Assembly: GCF_030684315.1 (NCBI RefSeq)
Contig: NC_081391.1
Span: 26,350,888 to 26,414,887 of the forward strand
Source: Stegostoma tigrinum
Lineage: Eukaryota
Reading direction: 5' to 3'
Length of the DNA: 64,000 bases
Positions 12,583-30,359 of the stretch are shown here, piece by piece. The first letter of the stretch is position 1; every line of letters begins with the position of its first letter. The position numbers and the translations under genes are program-made. The notes beneath the pieces are model-generated. The model had not been told where the DNA came from, ran no database searches, and worked only from the letters and a program-made list of their open reading frames with translations.

Positions 12583-15135
12583 ACCTGCTCCTGATGGCCA
12601 TCCATTGCCCTCTGCTGGATAGTGAGCGTATAGTAGCATTGTGCCCAACGTTGCCTCCAATTTTTCTTGTGTGGTCTGTTTGTTGCACTTTTCAGAATAT
12701 TCCAAATGAGAGACTGCTGTGCAGTTTAGATAAATTACAGGAGGTTAAAGTTAGTTCCCCACCTAGCTGCCTTCACGAATGGATGTTGGGGAAAGTTTAA
12801 CAACATTATTTATTCTAACCTGTAATTCATGGAATAGTAGCAGTATTGTAATCCCTCCCAGTTCATCTCCTCAACACTGGGGAAATACTTGTCCCTCCTT
12901 GTGAGTTGAAGCAGGGTTCTGAGCTTTCCTGTTTGGTGGTTAAATACTTGGTCATGGTGGCTGGGTATCTCCATCACTAAAAGAACAATTCTCAGATCTT
13001 TGATCTTATGTGAACCCTAATACATATTCTGCTACGTTTTCCGTCAAAACCACTTCGTGTAGTCTCACAAGCTTTCCTTCATTTTCTGTTGGTAAATATT
13101 CTTTGTGTCTGAACCCATGATGGGCTTCAGTATTCTATTTCACTCTGAAGGCGATCACATATCGGCCAAAATATCTATTTAATTTGGACTATTAGGTCCC
13201 AGCTGAAGTCAATTACTTGAGCCGTGAGAGAGTATCAGTCCTCCAGCTCTGTGTTTCAAATTAAGATGTATCGAGATTGCTGCTGCAGAGAAGCACAAGG
13301 ATGGAGGGTAAAGAACACTGATACGCCGATAAACGCTCAGTAGAGGTATTGCAGGGATGGAAGACAACAGAGAGAAACAAATAAAGCAAGAGATGTTATT
13401 GAGTAGGTTGTGGGTAAAGCTACATTTGTGTTTGTCAGTGAGAGGCAGTACCTTCAGGGACTGTATCCCAGTGGGAGTCAGCACTTTCAGGGACCGTGTC
13501 TCAGTGAGAGTTGGTATATTTATTCTCTTAATGAAGATTTTTCAACCTAGTCTTGATGTTTGTAAGGTGCTTAGGAAGTATTAAATACTTTATATTAAGA
13601 ATGTTTTTGTTAAGACACAGAGTAACATGCATGCAACTACATGTGTCTGTTATTCATAAGAATCCCCAAAAAATACATTTATGTAGATTGTTGCCTAAAT
13701 TTTAGTGCAGCAGATTGTGAGTGAAACTGTAGTCACCAGGGCTGACTGATCAGACTGATGTGGGTAATTCACTAGATAATCCAGTGTCACTGTTGATTTC
13801 ACTGATTTTTTTTCCTGGAGGTAGTTTATTCAAAACAACACCAACCTTTTTGACTCGGTCCAACTGGAAACGTGATGGAATGAAAGCTCCTGCTGAACTT
13901 TGACTTGCTATCGATGAATATCTGTCAAAATACATGAACTAAAAATACCCTTGTGTGCACAAAGGGAAGATATAAGAAAACGGAGATTGACTGGGCCTTT
14001 CTGTATTTGAGCCATGGTCCTGAACTTGTTAAAAACCCACTTGAACCTCACGATTCACTGTCAGTTGGGTGTATGGTAATCCTGGTCTGATTGTAATGAT
14101 TTCACACCAAGGCCAAACAGCTCTGCCCAAATTTTGATTTAAGTGACAGAATGTATGGACCCATTTGTCTGTGTCACACTTAACTCCACTACAATAAGAT
14201 GTTCTCCTGATCAAACACTCATAGCTGCCTCTATACCCATGAGTGTGTGCGTTCAGTCATTTAGCATTTAAATCTTTAATTAAAATCAGTAAATGTGGAT
14301 CATTACTTTTGTATGTTGTACCTGCTGTTGGCTGGACATGAGGTTGGACTATTCCTTTCACAACAGGCCATCAGATCTCAGGCAGTGTTACTGCTGTGCA
14401 AACCTTCTGATAGGTCATCCCATCCAAAACAGAACTCAAGCCATTCACCACCACTGTTTAGTAGAGAAGCATGTGGCTGTACTGCTGTGTCCGCAATTTC
14501 TTTCACAATTCAAGGGTGCAGTGATTTCACAGGCTACTGTTCATTGAAATCCAATGATAGCATTATAGTCCGTGTGCCACTCAATTAAATCATTCTGTTT
14601 TCCTAACTTTTTTGAAAGGTAACATTCATTTCTTAACCATTTGCTTTGCTGCTGAAGTTGTAATAACCAATAATATATTACTTTTTCTTTTGGTACATCA
14701 ATGTCACTTTTTAACAAACAAAGTCCAAAGTATGTATTCTATCCATGTCTCTTCAAATAGGTTAAAGCAAAGAATAAGGTATGTAATTAAAATATTGAGA
14801 GCACTGAAGTATGAAATGGAATTGTACACTGTATAACATGCTGGAGAAAGTAATTTAAAGTTGTGTAGGGAAGATTAATTAAATCATGTTGCCAGCAGGT
14901 TTGTATCTGATTCTATTCTGAATCATGAGGGTAATTGCCTGCAGTCTTTTGCGCTAGAGGTCCGTGAGACCTTCAATCCTGTGCTACTAGGTATTCATTA
15001 AACCAAATAATTCTGAACAATATTGACAAGGATGAGGATTTCCTCTTCACACGCCAGATGCTGGAATTTTCTTGATAATTCTGTTGAATTGCGAAGGTCC
15101 TGCTATTAGGTAGCTCTGTAAGTGTCAAACCAGTA

Positions 15136-17213
15136 GTAGCTATGCTGTGTGGAGCTGGATGAACTCAACAGGCCAAGCAGCATCTCAGGGGCACAAAAGC
15201 TGATGTTTCGGGCCTAGACCCTTCATCAGAGAGGGGGATGGGGTGAGGGTTCAGCAATAAATAGGGAGAGAGGGGGAGCGGACCGAAGATGGAGAGAAGA
15301 TAGGTGGAGAGGAGAGTATAGGTGGGGAGGTAGGGAGGGGATAGGTAAGTCCAGGGAAGACGGACAGGTCAAGGAGGTGGGATGAGGTTAGTAGGTAGGA
15401 GATGGAGGTGCGGCTTGGGGTGGGAGGAAGGGATGGGTGAGAGGAAGAACAGGTTAGGGAGGCAGAGACAGGTTGGACTGGTTTTGGGATGCAGTGGGTG
15501 GAGGGGAAGAGCTGGGCTGGTTGTGTGGTGCAGTGCGGGGATGGGACGAACTGGGCTGGTTTTGGGATGCGGTGGGGGAAGGGGAGATTTTGAAGTTTGT
15601 GAAATCCATATTGATACCATTGGGCTGCAGGGTTCCCAAGCGGAATATGAGTTGCTGTTCCTGCAACCTTCAGGTGGCATCATTGTGGCACTGCAGGAGG
15701 CCCATGATGGACATGTCATCTAAAGAATGGCGGAAGTGTCAGAGGATGATGCGTTGTATCCAGAGGTTGGTGGGGTGGTGTGTGAGAACGAGGGGGATCC
15801 TCTTTGGGCGGTTGTGGCGGGGGCAGGGTGTGTGGGATGTGTTGCGGGAAATGCGGGAGACGCGGTCAAGGGCGTTCTCGACCAGTGTGGGGGGAAAGTT
15901 GCGGTCCTTGAAGAATTGGACATCTGGGATGTGCAGGAGTGGAATGCTCCCACGCTGAGGCATTCCATTCCCGCACATCCCAGATGTCCAAGTTCTTCAA
16001 GGACCGCAACTTTCCCCCCACAGTGGTCGAGAACGCCCTTGACCGCGTCTCCCGCATTTTCCGCAACACATCCCACACACCCCGCCCCCGCCACAACCGC
16101 CCAAAGAGGATCCCCCTCGTTCTCACACACCACCCCACCAACCTCCGGATACAACGCATCATCCTCCGACACTGCCGCCATCTACAATCCGACCCCACCA
16201 CCCAAGACATTTTTCCATCCCCACCCTTGTCTGCTTTCCGGAGAGACCACTCTCTCCGTGACTCCCTTGTTCGCTCCACACTGCCCTCCAACCCCACCAC
16301 ACCTGGCACCTTCCCCTGCAACCGCAGGAAATGCTGCACTTGCCCCCACACCTCCTCCCTCACCCCCTCCCTCACCCCTATCCCATGCCCCAAGATGACT
16401 TTCCATATTAAGCAGAGGTTCACCTGCACATCTACCAATGTGGTATACTGCATCCTCTACATTGGGGAAACCAAGCAGAGGCTTGGGGACCGCTTTGCAG
16501 AACACCTCCGCTCGGTTCGCAACAAACAACTGCACCTCCCAGTCACGAACCATTTCCACTCCCCCCTCCCATTCTTCAGATGACATGTCCATCATGGGCC
16601 TCCTGCAGTGCCACAATGATGCCACCCAAAGGTTGCAGGAACAGCAACTCATATTCCGCTTGGGAACCCTGCAGCCCAATGGTATCAATGTGGACTTCAC
16701 CAGCTTCAAAATCTCCCCTTCCCCCACCGCATCCCAAAACCAGCCCAGTTCGTCCCCTCCCCCCACTGCACCACACAACCAGCCCAGCTCTTCCCCTCCA
16801 CCCACTGCATCCCAAAACCAGTCCAACCTGTCTCTGCTTCCCTAACCTGTTCTTCCTCCCACCCATCCCTTCCTCCCACCCCAAGCCGCACCCCCATCTA
16901 CCTACTAACCTCATCCCACCTCCTTGACCTGTCCGTCTCCCCTGGACTGACCTATCCCCTCCCTAACTCCCCACCTATACTCTCCTCTCCACCTATCTTC
17001 TTTTCTCTCCATCTTCGGTCCGCCTCCCCCTCTCTCCCTATTTATTCCAGTTCCCTCCCCCCATCCCCCTCTCTGATGAAGGGTCTAGGCCCGAAACGTC
17101 AGCTTTTGTGCTCCTGAGATGCTGCTTGGCCTGCTGTGTTCATCCAGCCTCACATTTTATTATCTTGGAATCTCCAGCATCTGCCCTTCCCATTATCTCT
17201 GTAGCTATGCTGT
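15136..17213. mobile_element. Penelope-like element, head-to-head inverted 5'-truncated copies (GIY-YIG region)
   Basis: Minus arm about 15149-15950 and plus arm about 15955-17200. ORF with CNRRKCCTCPH and [39 protein letters not shown] at 15136-15148 and 17201-17213. Confidence 0.9.
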
Positions 17214-17428
17214 CCCCGTTTGCTGGGGACATTTGTCTGGTGTTGGGTTATCCCTACATGGAGTGTTCTGCGTAATTGATCTGATTTCTGTAAAAGCAAC
17301 GGGTTTAGCGTGTACGGAGGCTCGAGTTCCCTGTCGTCCTACTTCCGCCGTACGTAGCCGTCATTTATCTACGTTCGTGCGCGATCTCTTCCGGTGTACT
17401 TGATGTCATTTCCTGCCATGCGGCGCAT

Positions 17429-17466
17429 TATAAGAGACCCCGTGGCGGCGAGTAGCCCTTTTCCCC
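17429..17466 (+). promoter_or_regulatory. RPS11 core promoter: TATA-like box and polypyrimidine (TCT/5'TOP) initiator
   Basis: TATAAG at 17429-17434, about 27 nt before CCCTTTTCCCC (17456-17466); YY1-like AAATGGCGG overlapping the ATG. Confidence 0.8.
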
Positions 17467-17481
17467 GGATTGAGGCGCGAA

Positions 17482-21062
<3,581 letters not shown>

Positions 21063-21088
21063 ATGATTGGTTGAGATGAGTCAGTCAT

Positions 21089-21094
21089 AATAAA
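21089..21094 (+). terminator. RPS11 polyadenylation signal
   Basis: AATAAA 27 nt after the stop, followed by a GT-rich element. Confidence 0.8.
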
Positions 21095-21218
21095 ATATGT
21101 GGACAAACCTTGTGTTGCGTGAAAGTGTGGTGTTAGTTTCCCATTGTTGGTGATACCAGCATTTCTAGGCCTCTTTACTGAGGCAAATCAGTATGACGTT
21201 CACATGTTTGCACCAGAT

Positions 21219-21224
21219 TTTATT
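21219..21224 (-). terminator. Candidate DHDH polyadenylation signal
   Basis: TTTATT on plus (AATAAA on minus), about 480 nt after the DHDH stop. Confidence 0.5.
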
Positions 21225-21701
21225 TTTTGCGATGAATTCAATCTTTGATTGGTGTGGTGCAGTTAAACATCAGAAACATGTACACACTGCACAGGACAGC
21301 CCCGATTAGACCTCCCAGGTGCTGTCACTGAATAGTACTCTTGGACCTGTGCTTGGGTTAGTTTTTTGAGTGCAGCAATGTTAAGTTTCATCTGATGGTG
21401 CTGGGGTAACTGTCAGTTTCTTAATTCTGACTCTACCATCTCTGCACTGGAATTGCAAGCTGTTTAGAAGAGAATTTCAACCAGGGTGCAAGGGGCTGGC
21501 CAGCATTGTGCTGTACAATGTTCTGTGATTAATTCTATAATTTGAGGTATGTTTCAATGGCAGTATTGTAGGATCCTCCATGCAGCAGCAGCCACTGAGT
21601 GCCTAGCTGTGGCTGTTTTGTTTTTAAAGCTTCCAGCAGCAGTGGGAGAATAGGGGGCAGCATTTTCATGTCATCTCACAGCACTGGGAGTTTTTCTTGC
21701 C

Positions 21702-24700
21702 TCAGGCTGTGTCTTGTGTGTATACTACCCCCAGCTGCCTTCGTGCTTCATCGAGAATGCTCATTATCAGCTCACTCTCAGCCAGCGGCAGCTCAGGACA
21801 CTCTTTAAGCCCTGCAATTAAAACACAAGTTAAAATAGCATCATCCTCCGACACTTCCACCATCTACAATCCGACCCCCCACCACCCAAGACATTTTTCC
21901 ATCCCCTCCCCTGTCTGCTTTCCGGAGAGACCACTCTCTCCGTGACTCCCTTGTTCGCTCCACACTGCCCTCCAACCCCACCACACCCGGCACCTTCCCC
22001 TGCAACCGCAGGAAATGCTACACTTGCGCCCACACCCCTATCCTAGGCCCCAAGATGACTTTCTATATTAAGTAGAGGTTCACCTGCACATCTACCAATG
22101 TGGTATACTGCACCCGGTGTGGCTTCCTCTACATTGGGGAAACCAAGCGGAGGCTTGGGGACCGCTTTGCAGAACACCTCTGCTCGGTTCACAATAAACA
22201 ACTGCACCTCCTAGTTGCGAACTATTTCAACTTTCCCCCTCCCATTCTTTAAATGACACGTCCATCATGGGCCTCCTGCAGTGCCACAATGATGCCACCC
22301 GAAGGTTGCAGGAACAGCAACTCATATTCCGCTTGGGAACCCTGCAGCCTAATGGTATCAATGTGGACTTCACCAGCTTCAAAATCACCGCATCCCAAAA
22401 CCAGCCCAGTTCGTCCCCTCTCCCCACTGCACCACACAACCAGCCCAGCTCTTCCCCTCCACCCACTGCATCCCAAAACCAGTCCAACCTGTCTCTGCCT
22501 CCCTAATCTATTCTTCCTCTCACCCATCCCTTCCTCCCACCCCAAGCCACACCTCCATCTCCTACCTACTAACCTCATCCCACCTCCTTGACCTGTCCCC
22601 TCCCTACCTCCCCACCTATCTTCTTTTCTCTCCATCTTCGGTCCGCCTCCCCCTCTCCCTATTTATTCCAGAGCCCTCACCCCATCCCCCTCTCTGATGA
22701 AGGGTCCAGGCCCGAAACGTCAGCTTTTGTGCTCCTGAGATGCTGCTGGGCCTGTTGTGTTCATCCAGCCTCACATTTTACTATCTTAAAATAGCAGTAG
22801 TTTCCTTCCTGAGTTCAGCTAAAATCTCGATACAATCCCAGTATACAATATCTGAATTTTGCAGAACAGTGACAAAAATCCATTTATTCCATAGTCCCCT
22901 CCAGCACAAACTATAATGAGGGGAAAGTCAGTCTTCCGGAATCTACTCTGAAAGTTTTTCCACATTTCCGTAATACCATTTAACATTTATAGGCAGAGCT
23001 ATTATGGCCTGATGGTGTAGATAATGGGACCAGTGCATTGTTCCTTACAGAAGGCGTTACCTCTCTGGAGACACTGCCTCACTTGGTCAGCTTCATACCG
23101 CAGGCCTGTGCTGTTTGTGAAGTTGAGAGGTTGAGACGGAACTGGCAGTGGGAACTCCTGGACATTGCCATTCACCACCAGACTTGTTGGGCACCACATA
23201 CAGCTTGGAACCTTGATGTGGGGGGGAAAAGACATGTCACAAAACAGCCAACTTTCTCTATTTGATTTTTGCTGTTACATCTGTTTTTTGGGATGATGCC
23301 ACATATCTGCAATTCTCTGCTCTCACCAACCACTGGTATTAGTATGAAGCCCAATATACAGGAACTGTCAAGGGAGTGACTAGATGAAGAGTGAAGGTAT
23401 ATGGTTCACCTGTACAACGTTACATTGGACCATGTGAAGAATGGACACATGCCAGGGTATGGGTGTTTGGAAGTGTCCAGAATTAAGCGCTACTGGGTGT
23501 GAGGTCCCTTGGTTAAATCAGACTGTGGTATTCTAGGGTGTTCAAGTACTGGGAGCCTGGAGATGATAAGTAGAAACTGGTTCTATCTGATTTTATAATA
23601 CAAGACCCATCAGTAAAAGCACATTGGATGGTGTTCTGCATATTCAAGGACTGAGAGGGAAACTTACTGTGATTGTCCCCTTGGTCCCACTTATGGTTGC
23701 CTGGTTAGTGAGCTGTATTGCCATGGATACAGTTATCATAGCCATTCGTTTTCTGGAGTATTTCAGCACAATGGTCACTGCTTCATCAACCCCTGCAGAG
23801 ATATCAGATAGTACCTGGTCAGGAAACAGATGGTTGTAGCTCAGTGGATATAAAGTAGTGTGTTTTGGATGGATGAGGGTATCATTTGTGTCCAGTACAA
23901 TTCCATACTTGCCCTTCTCAGTCAGGAATCCTGTGGCATGAATGGACTCTGGCTTTTCACCGTGGAATACCATGCAGACAAACTGCAGGCAGTAACAGCC
24001 AATGTCCAGCAGCACTCCACCACCCAATTCTTTTTCCACCAGCCGTGCAGTTTCCAACATGTATGTTCCAAACTCTGCTTTAACTATTTTAATCTCACCC
24101 ATGTTATCCTCTTTTAGCAGACCACGAATTGCCTCAGAGACAGGAAAAAAACGTGTCCATAAACCCTGTAAACACAAAACTTCAAGTCAGTTTGCAACTA
24201 CTGCCTGGCACATTCTCACAAGCAACTCAGTTCTGGATGTAACTCCTTCCCAAAACCAACTTTCTCCCTTGAAATTGACACATTCCCTAAGAAAGATAGA
24301 AGAAATACTGTTATATGTAACAGATGACTGTGGAACTGGAGGTACACTCGCAGGCCAGGCAACATCAAAAGAGTAGGAAAGTTGATGTTTTGGGTTGGGA
24401 CTGTGCAGAAATGGGAAGCGGGGAATGGAAATGGGAAATAAATAGAGCGGAGAGGAGGAGTCAGGAAGCTTGGTGGGATGGTGATATGTGAGTGCAGGTA
24501 GGGAGCGGTGAGGATTGGCCAGTGAGGTGGGAGAGAAAATGGTCAGGTCAAGGAGGTGGTGATGAGAGGGAGGGTCGGTCATGGCATGAGGCAGGGATTG
24601 GGGAGATTTTGAAACTGGTTAAATCCACATTTAGGCCATTGGGCCTCATATTCCTGAAACGGAATATGAGGTGCTGCCCCTCCAGTTTGCGGGTGGTGTC

Positions 24701-27700
24701 ATTGTGATAGTGGAGGAGCCCCAGGATGGACATGTCACCCAGGGAGGGAGGAGTTAAAATGGTTCACACTATTACAGAAGGTGTTATTTGTTGTGAACGA
24801 AACACAGATGATCTATGGTTTGTTATGTGCCTTGAAGAGAGGTGTTGGGGGACTGGAATTGGAAGTCTTGGAGGAGGTGGAGGGCTTGGGTAGTGCCTTG
24901 GATGTAGGTGGGGAGTTGCCAACACCTCATCTTCACTATAGACATCCAATCTCTGTACACCTATATTCCCCATGTGGTTGGCCTAAAAGTCCTCCATTTC
25001 TTCGTCTCCCACAGGCCCAACCAGTCCCCCTGCGCCAACACCCTCATCCACTTAACCAAACTCGTCCTTCCCCTTAACAATTTCTCCTTTAACTCCTCCC
25101 ACTTCCTACAGTCTAAGGGGGTGGCCATGGGAACCCGAATGGGCCTAACGTATGCCTGCCTCCTCGTAGGATACGTGGATCAGTCTCTCTTCCACAGCTA
25201 CACTGGCACTACCCCCACCTCTTCCTCTGTTACATCATTGACTGTATCAGCACCACCTCGTGCTCCCAGGAGGAGCTTTAACAATTCATCAACTTTACTA
25301 ACACCTTTCACCCCAACCTCAAATTCACCTGGACCATCTCTGATACCTCCCACTCCTTCCTGGACATCTCCATCTCTGGCATCTTTCCCTGCAACCGCAG
25401 GAAGTGCTCAGCCTGCCACTACACCTCCACCCTCACCACATTCAAGTCACAAAACAAACATTCTACATCGGACAGGGTTTCACCTGCACAGATTCAATGT
25501 GTTCTACTGCATCCGCTGCTTCCAATGTGACCTCCTCCACAACGATAAGACCAAGCAGAGACTCAGAGACCACTTTGTAGAGCGTCTGCGCGCTGTTCAC
25601 GGCAAACGACAACATTTTCAAGTTGCGAACCATTTCACCTCCCCCTCCCACTCCCTGGACAACATGTCCATCCTGGGCCTCCTCTCGTGTCAGAATGACA
25701 CCACGTGCAGACTGGAGGAGCAGCACCGCATACTCAGCCTCAGGAATCTACATCTGATGGCCTAAATTTGGATATTACCAGCTTCAAAATCTCCCAAACC
25801 CTGGCCTCAAACTATGACCAACCTTCTCTCTCATCCCCACCTCCTTAACTTGACAGAACCTGACCATCTTCTCTGCACCTATACGTCCCTCCCACCTCAC
25901 TGACCAATCCCCACCACTCCCTACCTGCACTCACCCAACACCATCCAACTTACCTTCCCCAGCCTCACCCTACTCTATTTATTTCTGAGCTCCCTTATCC
26001 CTCCCCATTTCGGAAGAAGTGTCCCAACTTGAAACGTTAACTTACTGCTCCTCTGTTGCTGCCTGATCTGCTGTGTTCATCCAGCTCCACATTGTGTTAT
26101 TTCTGACTCCAGCACCTGCAGTTCTTACTATCTCTCACTGTTACACGTAAACCCAAAGGGATTCTTTACCCAAAACTGTTCACTGCATTAGCCACATGGG
26201 CAGAACCAAAAGCATCAACAGGTTTCAATATTCTAATCTTAATTCATTTATAGTCTGGGCAGTAAATTCCAACTTTGCCACTGTTCTCACATCCCAAGAA
26301 TGAATTAAACAAAATGGCTGTTGCTAGCAAACCCAGTAATTAAGCGACATCACTAATGATCTTCAGGAAGGTGGTAGTGAGTTTTGCTGTTTCGGAAGTT
26401 ACTGTCATTCTAGCCTGATTTGGGCTGGTCCTTTATTGCAGTAGTAAGGGAGTGCGACACTGTTGACAGGTCAGTTTTCTAGATGATTAGTTTATTCATT
26501 CAGATCCCAAGTCTCCTTGAATAAGAGTGAAGCATTTTTCCCAGTTTCCAATATTTTCATCTCAAGCAGCACCATCAAAAGAGATGATTTATCTCAATGT
26601 GGGATGGTGAACAACTCTGTCATGTGTTTACATTCCACAATTTTAGGGATGTTGACAACAGCCAATGAAAAAATGGTACTTAATTTTACTATATTCAAGA
26701 AAGGAGGGAGAGAGTAAAACGAAATGACAGGCAAATTATCCTCATGTCAATTGTTGGGGGAAAAAAGCTGGATATGATCAAGAGAGTCTTAATGTAATAG
26801 GAAAAACATGGTGTAATTTGCTTCACAAACATTAATATTAAGAGTTTTCAGGAGGTAACTTTCAGGATAGATAAAGAGGAGCTAGTTAATGTAGTCTGCT
26901 TGGATGTCCAAAGGCATTCAATCAGGTGGCATCCAAAAGGTTAACACACATGACAAGAACAAGTGGAGTTTGGGCGATGTATTAGCACGGACTGAGAATT
27001 AGTTGAGGTCCAAGAAGTAGATAAGTAGGGTATTTTCAAGATGACATGCTGTGGCTAGTAGAGTGCTGCAACAATCTGAGGACTCAGCTATTTATAGTCC
27101 ATATTAATTACCCAGGTGACAATGCAGAGTAATGTATCTATGTTTGCTGACATACCTAACATCGGGATAGGTGGGAATGTAGGTTAAGAAAAAACAAGCT
27201 GTAAAAAATATAGACAGGTTAAGTGAGTGCTCAACAAGATAGTAAATGGCATATAATTTGGAGAAGTGTGAAAGTATCCACTGGTTGTGAGAATTTTAGA
27301 AAAGTCTTTTTGTGGAAAAAGATGTGAAACATGAAAATAATAATACTCCAAGAAACCTGACATTTCTAATGCTAGGAAGACAAAATGTCAGTCTGCAAAT
27401 ACAGCAAACAATCAGGAATGCACATTGCATTTGGCCTTTCTTGCAAGATCCTGGACAGACTAGGTTGAAAAGGTACTGAGACACAGTTTTCCCTGAGCTG
27501 GGCAATCTAGAAAATGGGGTCAGTCATTTAACACTGATGTGCAGAGAAATTTATTTGATTAAAAGTGTAGTATACAAGTAGTTCTGCTATAAGGCATGCT
27601 CGTTAACATGAATTAGCTGTAATGCAATTGATGAATAGTGGACACTGTTTGGATAACCTTCTCTTATACAGATATATCAACTTCCCTATAATGCAATTTT

Positions 27701-30327
27701 CTATAGCGCGACGTCACATGAAAATGCAACTATGCGTTGTAGGAGAACTACCTGCATCCCGTCCCAGATGATTGTGGGTGCTCTATCATTGAATATTTTG
27801 CGCAGTAAACGTGTATAATATGTTATGTTTGGAATCTGAAAATCAAAAGAAGCAGATGGATATAGGTGTGAAGTTCTATATGGTGCTCCTTTTGGAAAGG
27901 TCAGAAATTAAATTTGGAACAATGACCTCGAGACAGCTGGTCCCACAAAGGCCTGCAATTGAGTGCCTCGGAAAACTCCTGTAAGTGTTAATGCATATAA
28001 TGTCTATCCTGTTGAGTTTGCAACAGAGTAAACACATAAAAGGGATAGCAGGAACTGCAGATGCTGAAGAGTTCTGAGATAACAAGGTGTCGAGCTGGAT
28101 CAAGCAACATCAGAGGAGCAGGAAGGCTGACGTTTCGGGTCTAGACCCTTCTTGAAAAATGAGGGAGGGGAAGGGGACTCAAATAAATAAGGAGAGGCGG
28201 ATTGCAGATGAATAACCTGTCCCTCCTCCCACCTAACCCCTCCTCCCACCTCAAGCCCTACCCCCATCTCCTAACATCAACCCGCCCCCTTAACCTGTCC
28301 AAGATAATAAAATGTGAGGCTGGATGAACACAGCAGGCCAAGCAGCATCTCAGGAGCACAAAAGCTTAGAGACGTTTTGGGCCTAGACCCTTCATCAGAG
28401 AGGGGGATGGGGAGAGGGTTCTGGAATAAATAGGGAGAGAGGGGGAGGCAGACCGAAGATGGAGAGAAAAGAAGATAGGTGGAGAGGAGAGTATAGGTGG
28501 GGAGGTAGGAAGGGGATAGGTCAGTCCAGGGAAGACGGACAGGTCAAGGAGGTGGGATGAGGTTAGTAGGTAGGAGATGGGGGTGCAGCTTGGGGTGGGA
28601 GGAAGGGATGGGTGAGAGGAAGAACAGGTTAGGGAGGCAGAGACAGGTTGGACTGGTTTTGGGATGCAGTGGGTGGAGGGGAAGAGCTGGGCTGGTTGTG
28701 TGGTGCAGTGGGGGGAGGGGACGAACTGGGCTGGTTTTGGGATGCGGTGATTTTGAAGCTGGTGAAGTCCACATTGATACCATTGGGCTGCAGGGTTCCC
28801 AAGCGGAATATGAGTTGCTGTTCCTGCAACCTTCGGGTGGCATCATTGTGGCACTGCCTTAACCTGTCTATCCTCCCCGGACTGACCTATCCCCTCCCTA
28901 ACTGCCCACCAACACTCACCGTTACTGGCTCCATCACCGCCTCTTTGACCTGTCTGTCTCCTCTCCACCTACCTTCTCCTCTATCCATCTTCCATCCGCC
29001 TCCCCTCTCTCCCTATTTATTTGAGATCCCCCTTTCTCTCCCCCATTTCTGATGAAGGATCTAGGCCTGAAACATCGGCTTTCCTGCTCCGAAGATGCTG
29101 CTTGGCCTGCTGTGTTCACTCTGGGATCTGACTTGTCCAGGGTAATGCATGTATTCATACACAAGACACATTTTTAATCTGCCCGGGAATCATGGGATAG
29201 AGGAAGGGGGCAGTGAACTTGTGAAGTCCATAATTATTTTAAGGTGGAGTAGGGTTAAAGGATATATTCGCACATTTTACATGCTCTTATGTCCCTGGAG
29301 ATTTACTCTGCATCTAACCCCGTGCTGTCCCTGTCCTGGGAGCGTTTGTTGGGGACAGTGTAGAGGGAGCTTTACTCTGTATCCAACCCGTGCCGTCCCT
29401 GTCCTGGGAGTTTTTAATGGGGACAGTGTAGAGGGATCTTTCCCCAAGTTTATCTGTATCGGAAACTGACGCTGGGTCCCTGAGGTACTTTTTCAGCTCT
29501 GATTTGGTCTGTGTGTTCTCACTGTGTCTGTGTGCTCTCTCGAGTTACAGGTTGGAGAAACAGGAGCGAGATGCAGAGCCTGAACTCACCTCCATGAGGA
29601 AGAGGTTCTTGTCCCGGGCTGCACTGACCAGCTGCTGGACTTCGCGCAGATTCATGGCCAGGGGCTTCTCACAGAGAACATTCCTTCCAGCATTCAGCAT
29701 GAGTAAAGCCACCTTCAGGTGCTCGGGGTTAATGATACCCACGTAGACAATGTCTGGCAACAGAGTGGTAAATACAGTGACTTTTACAATCTGTTCCTGT
29801 CACACGTTCTTACTCACACTGCCACTATTCCAGTCAAATGTACAGCCATGCTGTTACTGTCACGCTCTACGTTCACACTTTATTTGTTAGGAGGCAGTTA
29901 CATTGCTGTGAGCCCGGAGTTACATGTAGGTCAGACCAGGTAAGGAAACCGCTCCCTTAAGGGCAGCTGGGCTTCTACAGCAATTGCCGGCTGTTACCTG
30001 CTGCCCATTGAGACATTTCGCTTTTATTGTGGAATAAATGCTGGCAGGTTGGGACAAGTCCCGACAATCCGAAGCTGGAGCCTGGATTGCTGCCACACAC
30101 AGGCCCCCTCACTCCCCTCGGGGTTGGGGGGGGGGGGTGGGAAAGGGACGTCTTTTCAGGCGGTTCCCTCTCCCTGATGGACAGCGTCGGAGCCCGAATC
30201 CCGGGAATCTCACCGACATCGGGATCGGCCGCCAGCTCTCGGTATGAACCGTACGATTTGGGGATTTGGTGTCGCTCCGCGAATTCCCGGGACCGGGAGG
30301 AATCCCGAGAGGCGATCGCCACCGCCT

Positions 30328-30359
<32 letters not shown>

